From Candidatus Entotheonellaceae bacterium (lineage in GTDB: Bacteria > Tectomicrobia > Entotheonellia > Entotheonellales > Entotheonellaceae), in assembly GCA_965238075.1 (NCBI GenBank), contig OZ250173.1, positions 1,792,001 to 1,856,000 on the forward strand: a DNA stretch of 64,000 nt. The letters are read 5' to 3'. A program made the position numbers and the translations under genes. Position 1 is the first letter of the stretch; each line of letters opens with the position of its first letter. Below the pieces are notes generated by a model that searched no databases, was not told where the DNA came from, and saw only the letters and a program-made list of their open reading frames with translations. Below are positions 19,786 to 29,214 of the stretch, one piece after another.

Positions 19786-20895
19786 TTAGGAAATATGGGC
19801 GCCCTTCGTTTCAACGTACACGGCGTAGAGCGACTGGCTGCCCGTCATGAACAGACGGTTGCGCTTGGTGCCGCCGAAACACACGTTGGAGCAGATTTCA
19901 GGCAGGAGGATATGACCGATGCGATCGCCGTTCGGCGCGAAGATGTGCACACCGTCGTAGCCGTCGCCAACCCAACCGGCGCTGGCCCAGATGTTGCCGT
20001 CCACGTCAGCCCGGATGCCGTCGGCAAAACCGGCCTTGCCGTTGAACTCCATGGTCGTGAACTGCCGCGTGTTCTTCAGGCTCGTGCCGTCGACGATGTC
20101 CCACATCTTGATGTCCTGCGGTACGCCCGGATAGTGCGAGGCGCCGGTGTCAGCAGCGTACAGTTTGGTGTAGTCGCTCGAAAAACACAAGCCGTTGGGC
20201 TTGTAAATTTCGTCCGTCACCTTAGCGGTGTTGCCCGTTTGGGCGTCGATGCGGTAAATGGCTTCCTTCTGGTAGGGCTGCACCGAGCCCGTATCCGCCT
20301 TGTGGCCCTCGTAATTCATCAGGCTGCCGTAGCCGGGGTCGGTGAACCAGATGCCGCCGTCGTTGGGGTGCACCACGGCGTCATTCGGCGCATTGAACGG
20401 CTTGCCGCCGAACGAATCGGCCAGCACGGTGATGGTGCCGTCATACTCGTAGCGCACCACGCGCCGGTTGCCGTGCTCACAGGCGATCTGCCGCCCCTGG
20501 TAGTCGAAGGTGTTGCCGTTGCTGTTGCCGGAGGGGTAGCGGAACTGCCTGGACACGTGGCCGTCTTCCTCGATCCAGCGCAGTTGTTCGTTGCTGGGAA
20601 TATCGCTCCACAGCAGATAGCGCCCGACCCCGTTCCAGGCCGGTCCCTCGGCCCACAGCGTGCCGGTGTGCAGGCGCAGGATGGGGGTGTTGCCGATTTT
20701 GTATTTGAAGCGTTTATCGAGAGGAATGACATCGGGCTCGGGGTAACGCACCGGCTCCGTGCCCGGGCTGAAATTGCGTGCGAAGGCGTCCGATGCCATC
20801 GCCGTGACTGCGGCCAGGGAAGCGGCGGCCTGCACAAATGTCCGCCGCGACATGGGGTTGTCGTCTTGGCGCTGCAGCGTTTCTTCTTGCTTCAT
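19786..20895 (-). CDS. SMP-30/gluconolactonase family protein, Tat-exported
   Basis: SRRTFV twin-arginine motif; WAEGPAW, NSNGNT, PND, PNG, ADGIRAD. Confidence 0.93.
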   Translation of the reverse strand: MKQEETLQRQDDNPMSRRTFVQAAASLAAVTAMASDAFARNFSPGTEPVRYPEPDVIPLDKRFKYKIGNTPILRLHTGTLWAEGPAWNGVGRYLLWSDIPSNEQLRWIEEDGHVSRQFRYPSGNSNGNTFDYQGRQIACEHGNRRVVRYEYDGTITVLADSFGGKPFNAPNDAVVHPNDGGIWFTDPGYGSLMNYEGHKADTGSVQPYQKEAIYRIDAQTGNTAKVTDEIYKPNGLCFSSDYTKLYAADTGASHYPGVPQDIKMWDIVDGTSLKNTRQFTTMEFNGKAGFADGIRADVDGNIWASAGWVGDGYDGVHIFAPNGDRIGHILLPEICSNVCFGGTKRNRLFMTGSQSLYAVYVETKGAHIS

Positions 20896-21023
20896 CCCTC
20901 AATCCTCCTCGGTGGGGTGTTCGAACAAAGCCTGTCCCCGCGAAAGCGGGGATTGGCCTCCCACGCCTTTGTGGGCTCCCGGGCGGTAGGCCCGAAAACA
21001 ACACATCATATCACATATCACGC

Positions 21024-21854
21024 TCAACCCACGCCTATCCAGCCGAATCCCGCCATGAACAGCACCCCCAGAATGACCACGGCGCTGAGCAATACCTTAC
21101 CACTATGCTGCCTGTGAATGACCGGCAACAGGTCGCTGGTGGCCACGTGGATGAACGAGCCAGCCGAAAAGCATAACATGGCCCCCAACAGCCACACGGG
21201 CAGGCCGAAAAGCACCAGGAAGGCCAGCACCGCGCCCACCGGCACCATGGCGTTGAAGATGGTGAGGTAGATGAGGGACGTGCGGTTCGGGTAGTGGTCG
21301 GCCTTTAACGCCGAGGTCAGCGAGAAAGCAGCGGGCATCTTGTGGAAGATGATGGCCACGAACACCAGACCGCCCAAGGCAAAATCGTCGCCGCCCGCCA
21401 CCGCCGTGCCGAGCGCGATGCCGTCGATGAGGGTGTGCATGGACAGCGCGATGAAGGCGCTCAGGCCGCCCAGCTGATGCACGGCGCGGTCGCTCACCGA
21501 CTCCGCAGCGTGCGCCGCCCCGCTGTGGCCGATGTGCTCCTCGTGATCGTGGCCGAGATGCGGCAGCGCGAGGTTTTCGAGCAGGTACATGGCCAGAAAG
21601 CCGACCGTGATCGCCGCCGCCGCCACGAAGCCGGCCTCCACGTCGGCCCACGGCAGGCCCTCCTCAATGTGCTCCCAGCCTTCCGGCAGCATCAGAAACA
21701 GCGCCGCGGCAAACAGCGTGCCGCCGCCGAAGGCGATCATCAACGACAGCTTGTCGACGGTCCATTCCCTGTAAAGCGGGATGCAGCCGCCGATCATGCC
21801 GACGACGAAAATGCTGCCTGACAAGACCAGTAGTGTGATGAAGGCTGCTTCCAT
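21024..21854 (-). CDS. ZIP family metal transporter (copy 1)
   Basis: MLPE, His-rich loop, HTLIDGIALG, HKMPAAF, AGSFIHVATSDLLP. Confidence 0.92.
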   Translation of the reverse strand: MEAAFITLLVLSGSIFVVGMIGGCIPLYREWTVDKLSLMIAFGGGTLFAAALFLMLPEGWEHIEEGLPWADVEAGFVAAAAITVGFLAMYLLENLALPHLGHDHEEHIGHSGAAHAAESVSDRAVHQLGGLSAFIALSMHTLIDGIALGTAVAGGDDFALGGLVFVAIIFHKMPAAFSLTSALKADHYPNRTSLIYLTIFNAMVPVGAVLAFLVLFGLPVWLLGAMLCFSAGSFIHVATSDLLPVIHRQHSGKVLLSAVVILGVLFMAGFGWIGVG

Positions 21855-22004
21855 GACGGTCTCCTCCAGCTCTGATTCGAGGTGGCGACGACGCGCGACC
21901 TATTCGGGGGCTCATCGCAGTGCCCCGCAACCCTGTCACCGGCTATAGATATCGCAATATCAAATTCAGAATTCGCCTCACAGCCCTTTCGAGCGCGGAG
22001 CCGT

Positions 22005-22805
22005 CTAATGCGGCTGTGCGAGCATGCCGAATCCCGCCATGAACAGCACCCCCAGAACGACGACCCCGAAGAACAGGGCCTTGCCGCGACGCCGTCTCTG
22101 GATGACCGGCAGCAGGTCGCTGGTGGCCACGTGGATGAACGTGCCGGCCGAAAAGCCGAGCAGGGCGCCCAGCAACCAATCGGACAGGCCGCTCAGAACC
22201 AGGGCGGCCAGCACGGTGCCCACCGGCACCATGGCGTTCACAATGGTGAGATACAGAAAGGCCGTGCCGTTCGGGTACTGATTGGCCTTCAGCGCCGAGG
22301 TCAGCGAAAAAGAAGCAGGCATGTGGTGGGAGATGAGAGCCACGAACACCAAGCCGCCCAAGGCGAAATCCTCGCCCCCCGTCACCGCCACACCAAGCGC
22401 GATACCGTCAATCAGGGTGTGCACGCCGAGGGCGATGAAGACACTCAGACCGCCCACCCGACGCGCCGTTTCGGTTGCCGCCTCGTGCGCGTGGCCGAGA
22501 TGCGACAAGGCAAAATGCGGCAGGATAAGGTTTTCGAGCATATACATGAGCAGAAAGCCCATCGTGACCGCCGCTGCCGCCACCATGCCAGCCTCCTCAT
22601 GGTCCCACGCCTCTTCGATGTGCTCCAAGCCCTCCGGCATCATCAGGAACAGCGCCGCAGCGAGCAGCGTGCCGCCGCCGAAGGCGACCATTAACGAAAG
22701 CTTGTCAAGGCCCCACTCCCTGTATAGCGGGATGTAGCCACCGATCATGCCGGCGACGAAAATGATGCCCGACAAGACCAGACCCACGGTGATGGTGGCT
22801 TCCAT
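22005..22805 (-). CDS. ZIP family metal transporter (copy 2)
   Basis: Colinear paralogue of 21024-21854; HTLIDGIALG, HHMPASF. Confidence 0.92.
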   Translation of the reverse strand: MEATITVGLVLSGIIFVAGMIGGYIPLYREWGLDKLSLMVAFGGGTLLAAALFLMMPEGLEHIEEAWDHEEAGMVAAAAVTMGFLLMYMLENLILPHFALSHLGHAHEAATETARRVGGLSVFIALGVHTLIDGIALGVAVTGGEDFALGGLVFVALISHHMPASFSLTSALKANQYPNGTAFLYLTIVNAMVPVGTVLAALVLSGLSDWLLGALLGFSAGTFIHVATSDLLPVIQRRRRGKALFFGVVVLGVLFMAGFGMLAQPH

Positions 22806-22910
22806 GACAGTCTCCTACAACTTTGAGCCAAGGCGAGGATTTCAGGCAGGAACGGACCAGGGTGTGTGTGACGACGCGCACCCTATCACCGGGCGGACGA
22901 TACCACAATG

Positions 22911-23008
22911 TCAAAATCACGAATTCACCACACCACAGCGTGCCCGCGGCGAATCCAGCCTTGGATACCGTTCTCAAGCTGGACGTGCAGCCAGGCACCG
23001 CGCCTTCC
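22911..23008 (-). repeat. Displaced copy of the batE 3' end (att-like)
   Basis: 22917-22981 is identical over 65 bp to 24745-24809; similarity extends on both sides with mismatches. Confidence 0.92.
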
Positions 23009-23106
23009 GATCCTGGATGAGCCTTCGACCGTCATGGCGCTGCGTCATCAAAGGAGGTGTGCAGACCTGGAGAGGCGTGAGTGGTCAGGGTCGGCACCGC
23101 TTGGCG

Positions 23107-23514
23107 TCAGAACAACCCACTGAGCGCCTCCTGGGGATCGACCGCACGGATGGGAGAGCGTTCGTAGTCCCTGACGTTCCGCGTGACGATGTGCCGAGCG
23201 CCGCAGGCACGGGCGGCAGCCACCTGCATAGCGTCCTCGAAGTCAGCCATCGGAAGCGCCGCGGCGTAACGGAGGGCCTCCGTATCGGTGATTGCCACCC
23301 CCACGAAGCGGGTCAATTCGACGATAAAATCGCGGGTGCTCACCCCGCCACGTGCTGGCGCTACGATGTAATAAAGATTCGATACGGAATGCCACGCGAT
23401 GCATGCGCTCTCAGCACCGTGCTCAATCCGATCGAGGAGCTCCGAGGCGGAGCTGGCGTGCGGACGCCTGTCGAGGGCGACGTCGATGAGCACATCGGTG
23501 TCCAGAAGTATCAT
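23107..23514 (-). CDS. PIN-domain (VapC-like) toxin
   Basis: ILLDTDVLID, DFEDAMQVAAA, IVTRNVRDY. Confidence 0.93.
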   Translation of the reverse strand: MILLDTDVLIDVALDRRPHASSASELLDRIEHGAESACIAWHSVSNLYYIVAPARGGVSTRDFIVELTRFVGVAITDTEALRYAAALPMADFEDAMQVAAARACGARHIVTRNVRDYERSPIRAVDPQEALSGLF

Positions 23515-23738
23515 TGGAGATACTTCCTGGCCAGTGCGTCGTAACGCGGGTCGTCTTCACGCCCCGCCGCTCGAAACTTGCCCCGCCAGCGCGAGGAGAA
23601 GGACGGCGCATGCTCTCCGGCAACCTCCCTGAGGGACTGCTCGATGAGCGACGACAGGGACACGCCCTGGGAGCGGGCGTACCGCTTGGCGATCGGAAGC
23701 AGGTCGGCGTCCACAGTGATGGTGAGTTTTTGCTTCAT
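23511..23738 (-). CDS. Ribbon-helix-helix antitoxin (DUF6364-like)
   Basis: MKQKLTITVD...AKRYARSQGVSLSSLIE; ATGA overlap with the PIN gene. Confidence 0.85.
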   Translation of the reverse strand: MKQKLTITVDADLLPIAKRYARSQGVSLSSLIEQSLREVAGEHAPSFSSRWRGKFRAAGREDDPRYDALARKYLQ

Positions 23739-23784
23739 TGCGAGTTGTCCATCTCTAACTATGTATACCAATACTCAATCAGAG

Positions 23785-23794
23785 TATACGTATA
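23785..23794. promoter_or_regulatory. Candidate operator of the PIN module
   Basis: Perfect palindrome TATACGTATA ~50 bp upstream of the antitoxin; partial copy at ~23760. Confidence 0.4.
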
Positions 23795-23935
23795 TTCAGA
23801 CGGCGTTCAAGGCATTGTGCGCAAGGGGATCGTTCGGCGTACGCTGCAGCACCATCATCACCAAACGCCCCGTGTTTCCTGCCCCTCCACATGTCCGCAT
23901 AGGTGGTACGATTTGTTTTGCAGAGATGGGGCCTT

Positions 23936-24088
23936 AGAGGGTGTTTGTGAATGCGGCGGCGGCTCACGACTTGCCACCCTGCAGGCTGTCTATGGCTATT
24001 TCTACCCATATTTAGCCCTAATTATCAGCTGCTCAAGCGGCTGACAACCGGCCAAAACGGACAATCGGGTAATTCACAAACACCCTCT
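23936..24088. mobile_element. 153-bp MITE with perfect 17-bp terminal inverted repeats
   Basis: AGAGGGTGTTTGTGAAT (23936-23952) / ATTCACAAACACCCTCT (24072-24088); no clean target duplication. Confidence 0.85.
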
Positions 24089-24089
24089 G

Positions 24090-24240
24090 TCGGAATTCGT
24101 GGCCTTGCGCGTCGAAGACGTCAGCCTCGCCGAGCGCGCCCTTGTCCGAGGACGGCAAGGGCCGCAAACACCACGAAGTGCCGATGCGCCCGAACTGGCC
24201 CGTCTTCTGGCCCTGCATATAGGCCGCCGCAGATCCGGGG
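24090..24240 (+). pseudogene. Tyrosine recombinase/integrase fragment
   Basis: SEFVALRVEDVSLAER / EDGKGRKHHEVPMR / PELARLLALHIG across two frameshifts; matches the Box I to GKGxK strand region. Confidence 0.75.
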
Positions 24241-24294
24241 GGAGGTTGTCGGCGCCTTCGCGGCCGACTTGCTGGCGGCCCCACGTCGCGCCCT

Positions 24295-24652
24295 CACGTG
24301 AGCTGCTGGTGGATCAACTGAAGGTGGCGACCGGCGCGAAAAGCCTCGTTCACGACCCGCCGGGAGAACGTCGTTTCCAGGAACGGCGCACGCGGCCATG
24401 CGATCAAGGGCGTCCTGGATGGCATCCCGGTCGTTGTCCGTCAGCTTCCCGGCACTACGGCCCTCCAGGACATCGGCGGCAAATCCGGCGATCCTCTCCA
24501 GGTCGGACCATGCGTCATAACTTGTCGCTTCGTCGCGCTGCTCCAGGTATCCCGCACTGCCGCCGCAGTCCTCGGGCGGGCAGGCCCCGGAGCCGCATCA
24601 TCGGTCTGATGTCCAGCAGGCAAACCTTCAATTGAACAATGCTCGGGGGCAT
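24295..24652 (-). pseudogene. Internally deleted plasmid pRiA4b ORF-3 family gene
   Basis: MPPSIVQLKVCLLDIRPMM joined out of frame to GSGACPPEDCGGSAGY...VNEAFRAGRHLQLIHQQLT*. Confidence 0.75.
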
Positions 24653-24752
24653 CTCCGATGGCCATACGGACCTTATGCCATCACCCGCACAGACCCGCAA
24701 TCGCCCCCACTCTTTGGTACTCCCGCCGGATTTCCCCGTCAAACTCACGAAT

Positions 24753-25556
24753 TCACCACACCACAGCGTGCCCGCGGCGAATCCAGCCTTGGATACCGTT
24801 CTCAAGCTGTGTGTGCAGCCAGGCGCCACGCGTTTCCAGAACCGTGAATTCCGTGCCGGGGTGCAGCGGCTGCGCCAACTGAAGCGCGTAACTGTCGCCG
24901 TTGCCTTTGCGCACGGTGGCTTCCCTCGCCACCACGACGCCGTATCGCCCCGGAGTGTTGCGGTGATGCACCAGCAGCGCGGAGGCCGTGAACAGCAGGC
25001 AGAGCAGGGCAGCGCCGGCAATCAGCCACACGACGCGAGCACGGCGCCGGAAAAGGCGGACAAAGGCGCCGGCCCACACCATCAGAAAAGCGAGGATGGC
25101 GAGCGTCGTCTGCGTGGACAGACGGAGATCGTCGTGCCAGAACAGCAGGGACGGCAGGACCGCCGACCGGTTGCCGGCCGCCACTTTGTCAACCCGCAGG
25201 CTGCGGGCGTGGTGCAGGTTGGCTTGCAGGCGCCGGTTGCCGGGTTCCAGGCGCAGGCCGCGGCGGTAGTGCGCAATGGCTCGGCCGAGGTCGTCGACAC
25301 GCAGGTAGGCGTTGCCGAGGTTGTAATGCAGCTTGGCGTTGCGCACCCCGGCGTCGATGAGGCGCTCATAGCCCTTGATCGCCTGCCGGTAATAACCCTC
25401 GGCCTGCCGGGGGTCGCGGCTGCTCAGGGCCTGCTCAAAAGCCCGGTTGGCTTGGGTAAGGAGGTCCAGTTGCTCCGGGTGGGTCAACGTCTGCGGCTGG
25501 GCAACCAGCAGAGCCGGCAGCAGCAACAGGGCCGCAAGGAGGGGCAGAGGACTCAC
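24753..25556 (-). CDS. BatE-like TPR + SH3 protein
   Basis: LHYNLGNAY TPR, two TMs, C-terminal LHPGTEFTVLE...GWI; GTGA overlap with the batD-like stop. Confidence 0.88.
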   Translation of the reverse strand: MSPLPLLAALLLLPALLVAQPQTLTHPEQLDLLTQANRAFEQALSSRDPRQAEGYYRQAIKGYERLIDAGVRNAKLHYNLGNAYLRVDDLGRAIAHYRRGLRLEPGNRRLQANLHHARSLRVDKVAAGNRSAVLPSLLFWHDDLRLSTQTTLAILAFLMVWAGAFVRLFRRRARVVWLIAGAALLCLLFTASALLVHHRNTPGRYGVVVAREATVRKGNGDSYALQLAQPLHPGTEFTVLETRGAWLHTQLENGIQGWIRRGHAVVW

Positions 25557-27475
25557 GACGGCAGGCCGGCTTCCAGGCTGCGGATGAGCCGGTCGGCCTC
25601 CTCCGGCAATCCGCTCACCCGGTCCGCGTCTGGCTTCCCCGGCGCATAGCGGACGTCGTCGCAGAGGCGCAGCAGCGCCGCGGTGCGCTCGACAAGCTGC
25701 GGGTCCGCATCGCAGGCGTTGAGGCGCCGTGTGATGCCGTCCATCGTCAAACCGGCTGCCGGCAGTCGCCACCTGTCGCTGAAATAGCCGCTCAGGACGC
25801 GCTGCACCCCGGTGCAGAGATCGACCTCGGACAAGCCGCGGCGCCGCTTCATCAAGTCCTGCAACTCCTCCACGGCCCGCGCGCCGGCCTTGCGACGGCG
25901 GCGCGTATCGTCACGCGGGGTTCGCGTCCTCCATTGTCTCGCCAGTAGTACTGCCACGAAGGCCAGCAGCGGCACCCCCAGCAGCGCGCCGAGCAGCGGT
26001 GTCAACCGGATCCGTGCCGACTGCGACGTCAACATGTCCACACCCACGTAGTTGGCCAGCAGACCGCCGCCGAGTTGCGGACCGATGACGTTCGCCGCCC
26101 CGTTGCCAGGCGCGGCGATCACGTCCGATACCCGGAACGTGTTGGCCGCCTCGACCTGCAGGGGCACTGGCTCGCTCCACGCCACCTGATAGCGTCCGGC
26201 CTCCGTGTCGTAATAGGCCACCTCAAGCGGCGGCACGGCCCGCACGGCGGCGTGCCGCGGGCGCAGGGTGTAGGCGAATCGCTTGGCGCGCTCCAGGGTG
26301 CTCACCTCGTGCGGGTCGGGATGCACCTTGAAATCGCGCGTCAGGTCCGGCCGCTCGTGCAGGCGTAGCGGCTGAATGGTTTCCGGCAGGCCGTCGCCTT
26401 CCTGGTGCAGAACCACCGACAGGGTGAAGGGGTCGCCGACCTTCAGCGAGGTGGGCGAGGCATTCACCTCAGGCCGCAGCCGTCCGATGGCGCCGTTGAA
26501 GCTGTCGGGCCGCCCGGCCTCCGGCAGCGGTCGGATATCGACGCGCAGCGATGGGCTGCCGGCGACCACCTGCTCGGTGCGCTGCGCCCGGCCCTCGGCG
26601 TCGATCTCGACCGGCAGGAGGGCTTTCACAAATACCGCCGGGATGCTTTGCACCCCCGACCGCATCGGACGAAAGCGCTTCTGCAAACGATATGTGAAAT
26701 AGTCCCAGGTGCCGCTCGCAGTCGTGCGCCGCGAGTTCTGGCGCGGCAAGGTGAAGCGCAGCCTATCGGGCCGCAGCGCCGCCGCCTCGGTGTAGTCGTT
26801 AATGTAAAACCCGGCCCGCCGGCGCCCCAGCAGCGGACGCACGAAGGCGTCCAGGTCGGCCGTGCGCCAATCCTCGATGCCTTCAAACCAGGGAATTTGC
26901 AACTCCGGCGGGCGGTTGGGGAAGAACGGATCGATGTCCTGCACCGCGCCGTTGACGGCCAGCTTACGCAGCGACAAGTCGAGCGTCACGGTCACCGTTT
27001 CCCCCAATACGTAGCTCGGCTTGTCGGTGCTCACCTCGACCAACAACAGGTCCTGCTCCGTCGGTCGCCGCACCATCAATTGGAGGGCGTTGCTGTGATA
27101 AATCCGGCCGTCGTGCTTGACCCCCAGGGTGGGGATGGACAGCACCCCGGCGCGCTGCGGGCGCAGGATGTAGCGCGCCGTGTAGCCGAACGTTTCAACC
27201 TGCCGCGTCTGGCCGCTGACAATCGTATAGGTGACGTCGCTGAACGTCTGCCCACCCTCGAAGCTCACCGCCATGTCGGGATGCCGCACGTCCGGCGGCA
27301 CGGCTTGGCGAACCCCTTCGATGCGCACTTTCAGCTCGACGCTTTCGCCGAGAAAAATTTCGGACTCGGCGAGTTCAGCATGTACCGACACTGCCTCGGC
27401 AAGGGCTGCTTGCGGCACCACCGCGAGGCCAAGCAACAGCGCGCAGATCATCAGAATACGTCTCAGCGCCATCAT
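25553..27475 (-). CDS. BatD family protein
   Basis: Signal peptide, repeated Ig-like modules, PLPEAGRPDSFNGAIG, C-terminal TM and CDDVRYAP. Confidence 0.9.
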   Translation of the reverse strand: MMALRRILMICALLLGLAVVPQAALAEAVSVHAELAESEIFLGESVELKVRIEGVRQAVPPDVRHPDMAVSFEGGQTFSDVTYTIVSGQTRQVETFGYTARYILRPQRAGVLSIPTLGVKHDGRIYHSNALQLMVRRPTEQDLLLVEVSTDKPSYVLGETVTVTLDLSLRKLAVNGAVQDIDPFFPNRPPELQIPWFEGIEDWRTADLDAFVRPLLGRRRAGFYINDYTEAAALRPDRLRFTLPRQNSRRTTASGTWDYFTYRLQKRFRPMRSGVQSIPAVFVKALLPVEIDAEGRAQRTEQVVAGSPSLRVDIRPLPEAGRPDSFNGAIGRLRPEVNASPTSLKVGDPFTLSVVLHQEGDGLPETIQPLRLHERPDLTRDFKVHPDPHEVSTLERAKRFAYTLRPRHAAVRAVPPLEVAYYDTEAGRYQVAWSEPVPLQVEAANTFRVSDVIAAPGNGAANVIGPQLGGGLLANYVGVDMLTSQSARIRLTPLLGALLGVPLLAFVAVLLARQWRTRTPRDDTRRRRKAGARAVEELQDLMKRRRGLSEVDLCTGVQRVLSGYFSDRWRLPAAGLTMDGITRRLNACDADPQLVERTAALLRLCDDVRYAPGKPDADRVSGLPEEADRLIRSLEAGLPS

Positions 27476-27478
27476 CCC

Positions 27479-28276
27479 TTACCAATCTCTGTCAACCGGT
27501 TCTCCCGGTCCACCGGTGCGTTGCCATTGCCGGCGCTGGCGGTCTGCCTCGCGAGCGCGTTCGCGGATGCTGCGCAACAAGCGAGCCGCCTCTTCCGGCT
27601 CCAAGGTCCGCGCTTCCTGCGGGGCCGCTTCAGGTCTGTCGGCGGCTGCAATGTCGCTGCCGCCTTGTGGCGGCGGCGCGCCGCCCGCCGGCGCCACGTT
27701 CTGCTGATCTGCGGGCGCATTCGCCTGCTGCGAGTCGGATGGCTGGCTCGGCTCCGACCGTGAGGCTTCGGCAGATTGCGGTTGCTGTTGTCGAAGCTGC
27801 CGCAGAAGCGTGTGCGCCAATTCCAGATTGTAACGAGTGTCCTGCTGCTGCGGATTCACCTCCAGGCTGTCGCGGTAATAGGTCATGGCAGATTGCAGGT
27901 GGGGAAGGGCTTCCTGAGCGTCCGGCAGCGCCTGCAACGCCCGCTGGTAGGCGACGTTGCCAAGGTTGTATTTTAACCGCCCCTCCAGGCCGGCCGGTCC
28001 CGGGGCGACAGTCGTCAGGGCGCGCGCGTAGTGTTCAACGGCAGCATCGAACCGCTGCTGCTTGAACAAAGCATTGCCGAGGTTGAAGTGAACCGCCGCG
28101 GCGTCGGGAAGGACTTCCGCCGCCGCATCATACTGCTGCTGCGCCTCGTCGAAGTTGCCCGCGTCGTATAGGACATTGCCTTGCCGAACGGCTTCGTCAG
28201 GCGACATTGCGCCCGCCGGCCCCGCCGCAAACAGCCCCAACAAGATAGAGCAGGTTCGGAGCAAATTGAGTCGCAT
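27479..28276 (-). CDS. BatC-like TPR protein
   Basis: GNVLYDAG, HFNLGNALF, YNLELA, Q/P-rich linker, terminal VDRDW. Confidence 0.88.
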   Translation of the reverse strand: MRLNLLRTCSILLGLFAAGPAGAMSPDEAVRQGNVLYDAGNFDEAQQQYDAAAEVLPDAAAVHFNLGNALFKQQRFDAAVEHYARALTTVAPGPAGLEGRLKYNLGNVAYQRALQALPDAQEALPHLQSAMTYYRDSLEVNPQQQDTRYNLELAHTLLRQLRQQQPQSAEASRSEPSQPSDSQQANAPADQQNVAPAGGAPPPQGGSDIAAADRPEAAPQEARTLEPEEAARLLRSIRERAREADRQRRQWQRTGGPGEPVDRDW

Positions 28277-28311
28277 CGGTAGACCTCGAACTGTAGAACT
28301 CCAGCACACCG

Positions 28312-28579
28312 TCACCGATACACGTCGCGCCGGTTGCCAATCCTCACCACGAAAACGCACACCGCGGCGTCTTCGATCCGGGCGATGACACGGTAATCGC
28401 CGATCCGATACTTCCAGAACTCGCCCAGCCTGGAGCCCCTCAGCGCCTCTCCGATGCTGCGCGGGTCGTCCAGTGCGGTAACGCGGTCGTACAGGAAAGT
28501 CAGGATGCGCCATGCCGTCTGTCGGTCGAGCTTGCTCAAGTCACGCACGGCGGTGCGGTCAATCTCGTTTCCAAGCCAT
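28312..28579 (-). pseudogene. RelE/ParE toxin frameshifted at codon 5
   Basis: ATG GCT TGG AAA c GAG ATT GAC (MAWK/EIDRTAVRDLSKLD...DPRSIGEAL...FWKYRIGDYR...IGNRRDVYR). A shorter protein from the downstream GTG at 28548 cannot be excluded. Confidence 0.8.
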
Positions 28580-28793
28580 AACGGGCCATCACGTCTTCAA
28601 GCGGCATGGTCTGAGATTTTCCGGCTCGCAGGTCAAGCAGCCGTTGCTCGGCGAGGTACAGGTCTTCCAAGTCAGCCAGATGCTCCCGAATGGCCTCGAT
28701 CATGTAGAAGGTCTTGGTGCGTCCGGTGCGCTCGGCCAACTGTTGCAGGCGTTGCGAGACATCATCGGGCAAACGCAGGGATACGGCGCCCAT
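28536..28793 (-). CDS. RelB/CopG-type RHH antitoxin (C-terminus extended by the same lesion)
   Basis: VSLRLPDD...RLQQLAERTGRTKTFY..EAIREHLADLEDLYLAE. Confidence 0.88.
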   Translation of the reverse strand: MGAVSLRLPDDVSQRLQQLAERTGRTKTFYMIEAIREHLADLEDLYLAEQRLLDLRAGKSQTMPLEDVMARYGLETRLTAPPCVT

Positions 28794-28850
28794 GGAGGAT
28801 TCTCCTGTGTGTTGGTTGAGATACAAGTATTTCGTAGGCGCTTGGGGAAT

Positions 28851-29012
28851 TCAAGTGCGTGATGTACTTCGACGGTCTCCATCCTGGAAGGTCCGGCAGC
28901 CAGGGAGAAGAAGGCATTTGTCACCTACCCAAAGACGACCATCGTCGTCACAGAAATTCTTCAGCAACATCATGGGATTGTAGTGATTTCGTTTCGGCTC
29001 ATTCGTAGCCAT
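28851..29012 (-). pseudogene. N-terminal remnant of a DUF4238-like protein
   Basis: EPKRNHYNPMMLLKNFCDDDGRLWV resembles the DUF4238 N-terminal HYxP motif; only ~53 codons. Confidence 0.55.
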
Positions 29013-29214
29013 CTGCCGTGCTCCTCCAGGAAGTGGGCAACCGACTCCGTGCACTGTCGTACCAGCCCGGTTGACCGGCTCCTTCGCCCCCGTACCGGTT
29101 TCGCCTTTATCACGTCTTGAGCGACGCGCGCATTCTTTCGCGGAGAACTAACCGGATGCCCGGTGCCCCAAGTTCGGAGGCGAAACGGCTACGGCCGCAG
29201 GCGGTGCACCACGG

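Noticed and set aside
20932-21021. Hairpin TCCCCGCGAAAGCGGGGA and CATATCAC tandem upstream of the gluconolactonase gene
   Set aside because: Single short palindrome and a 2-copy microrepeat; not enough to assign a function.
28296-28306. Possible duplicated batB 3' end (AACTCCAGC, also at 30972-30980) bounding the TA islet
   Set aside because: Only 9 matching bases; too short to separate from chance.
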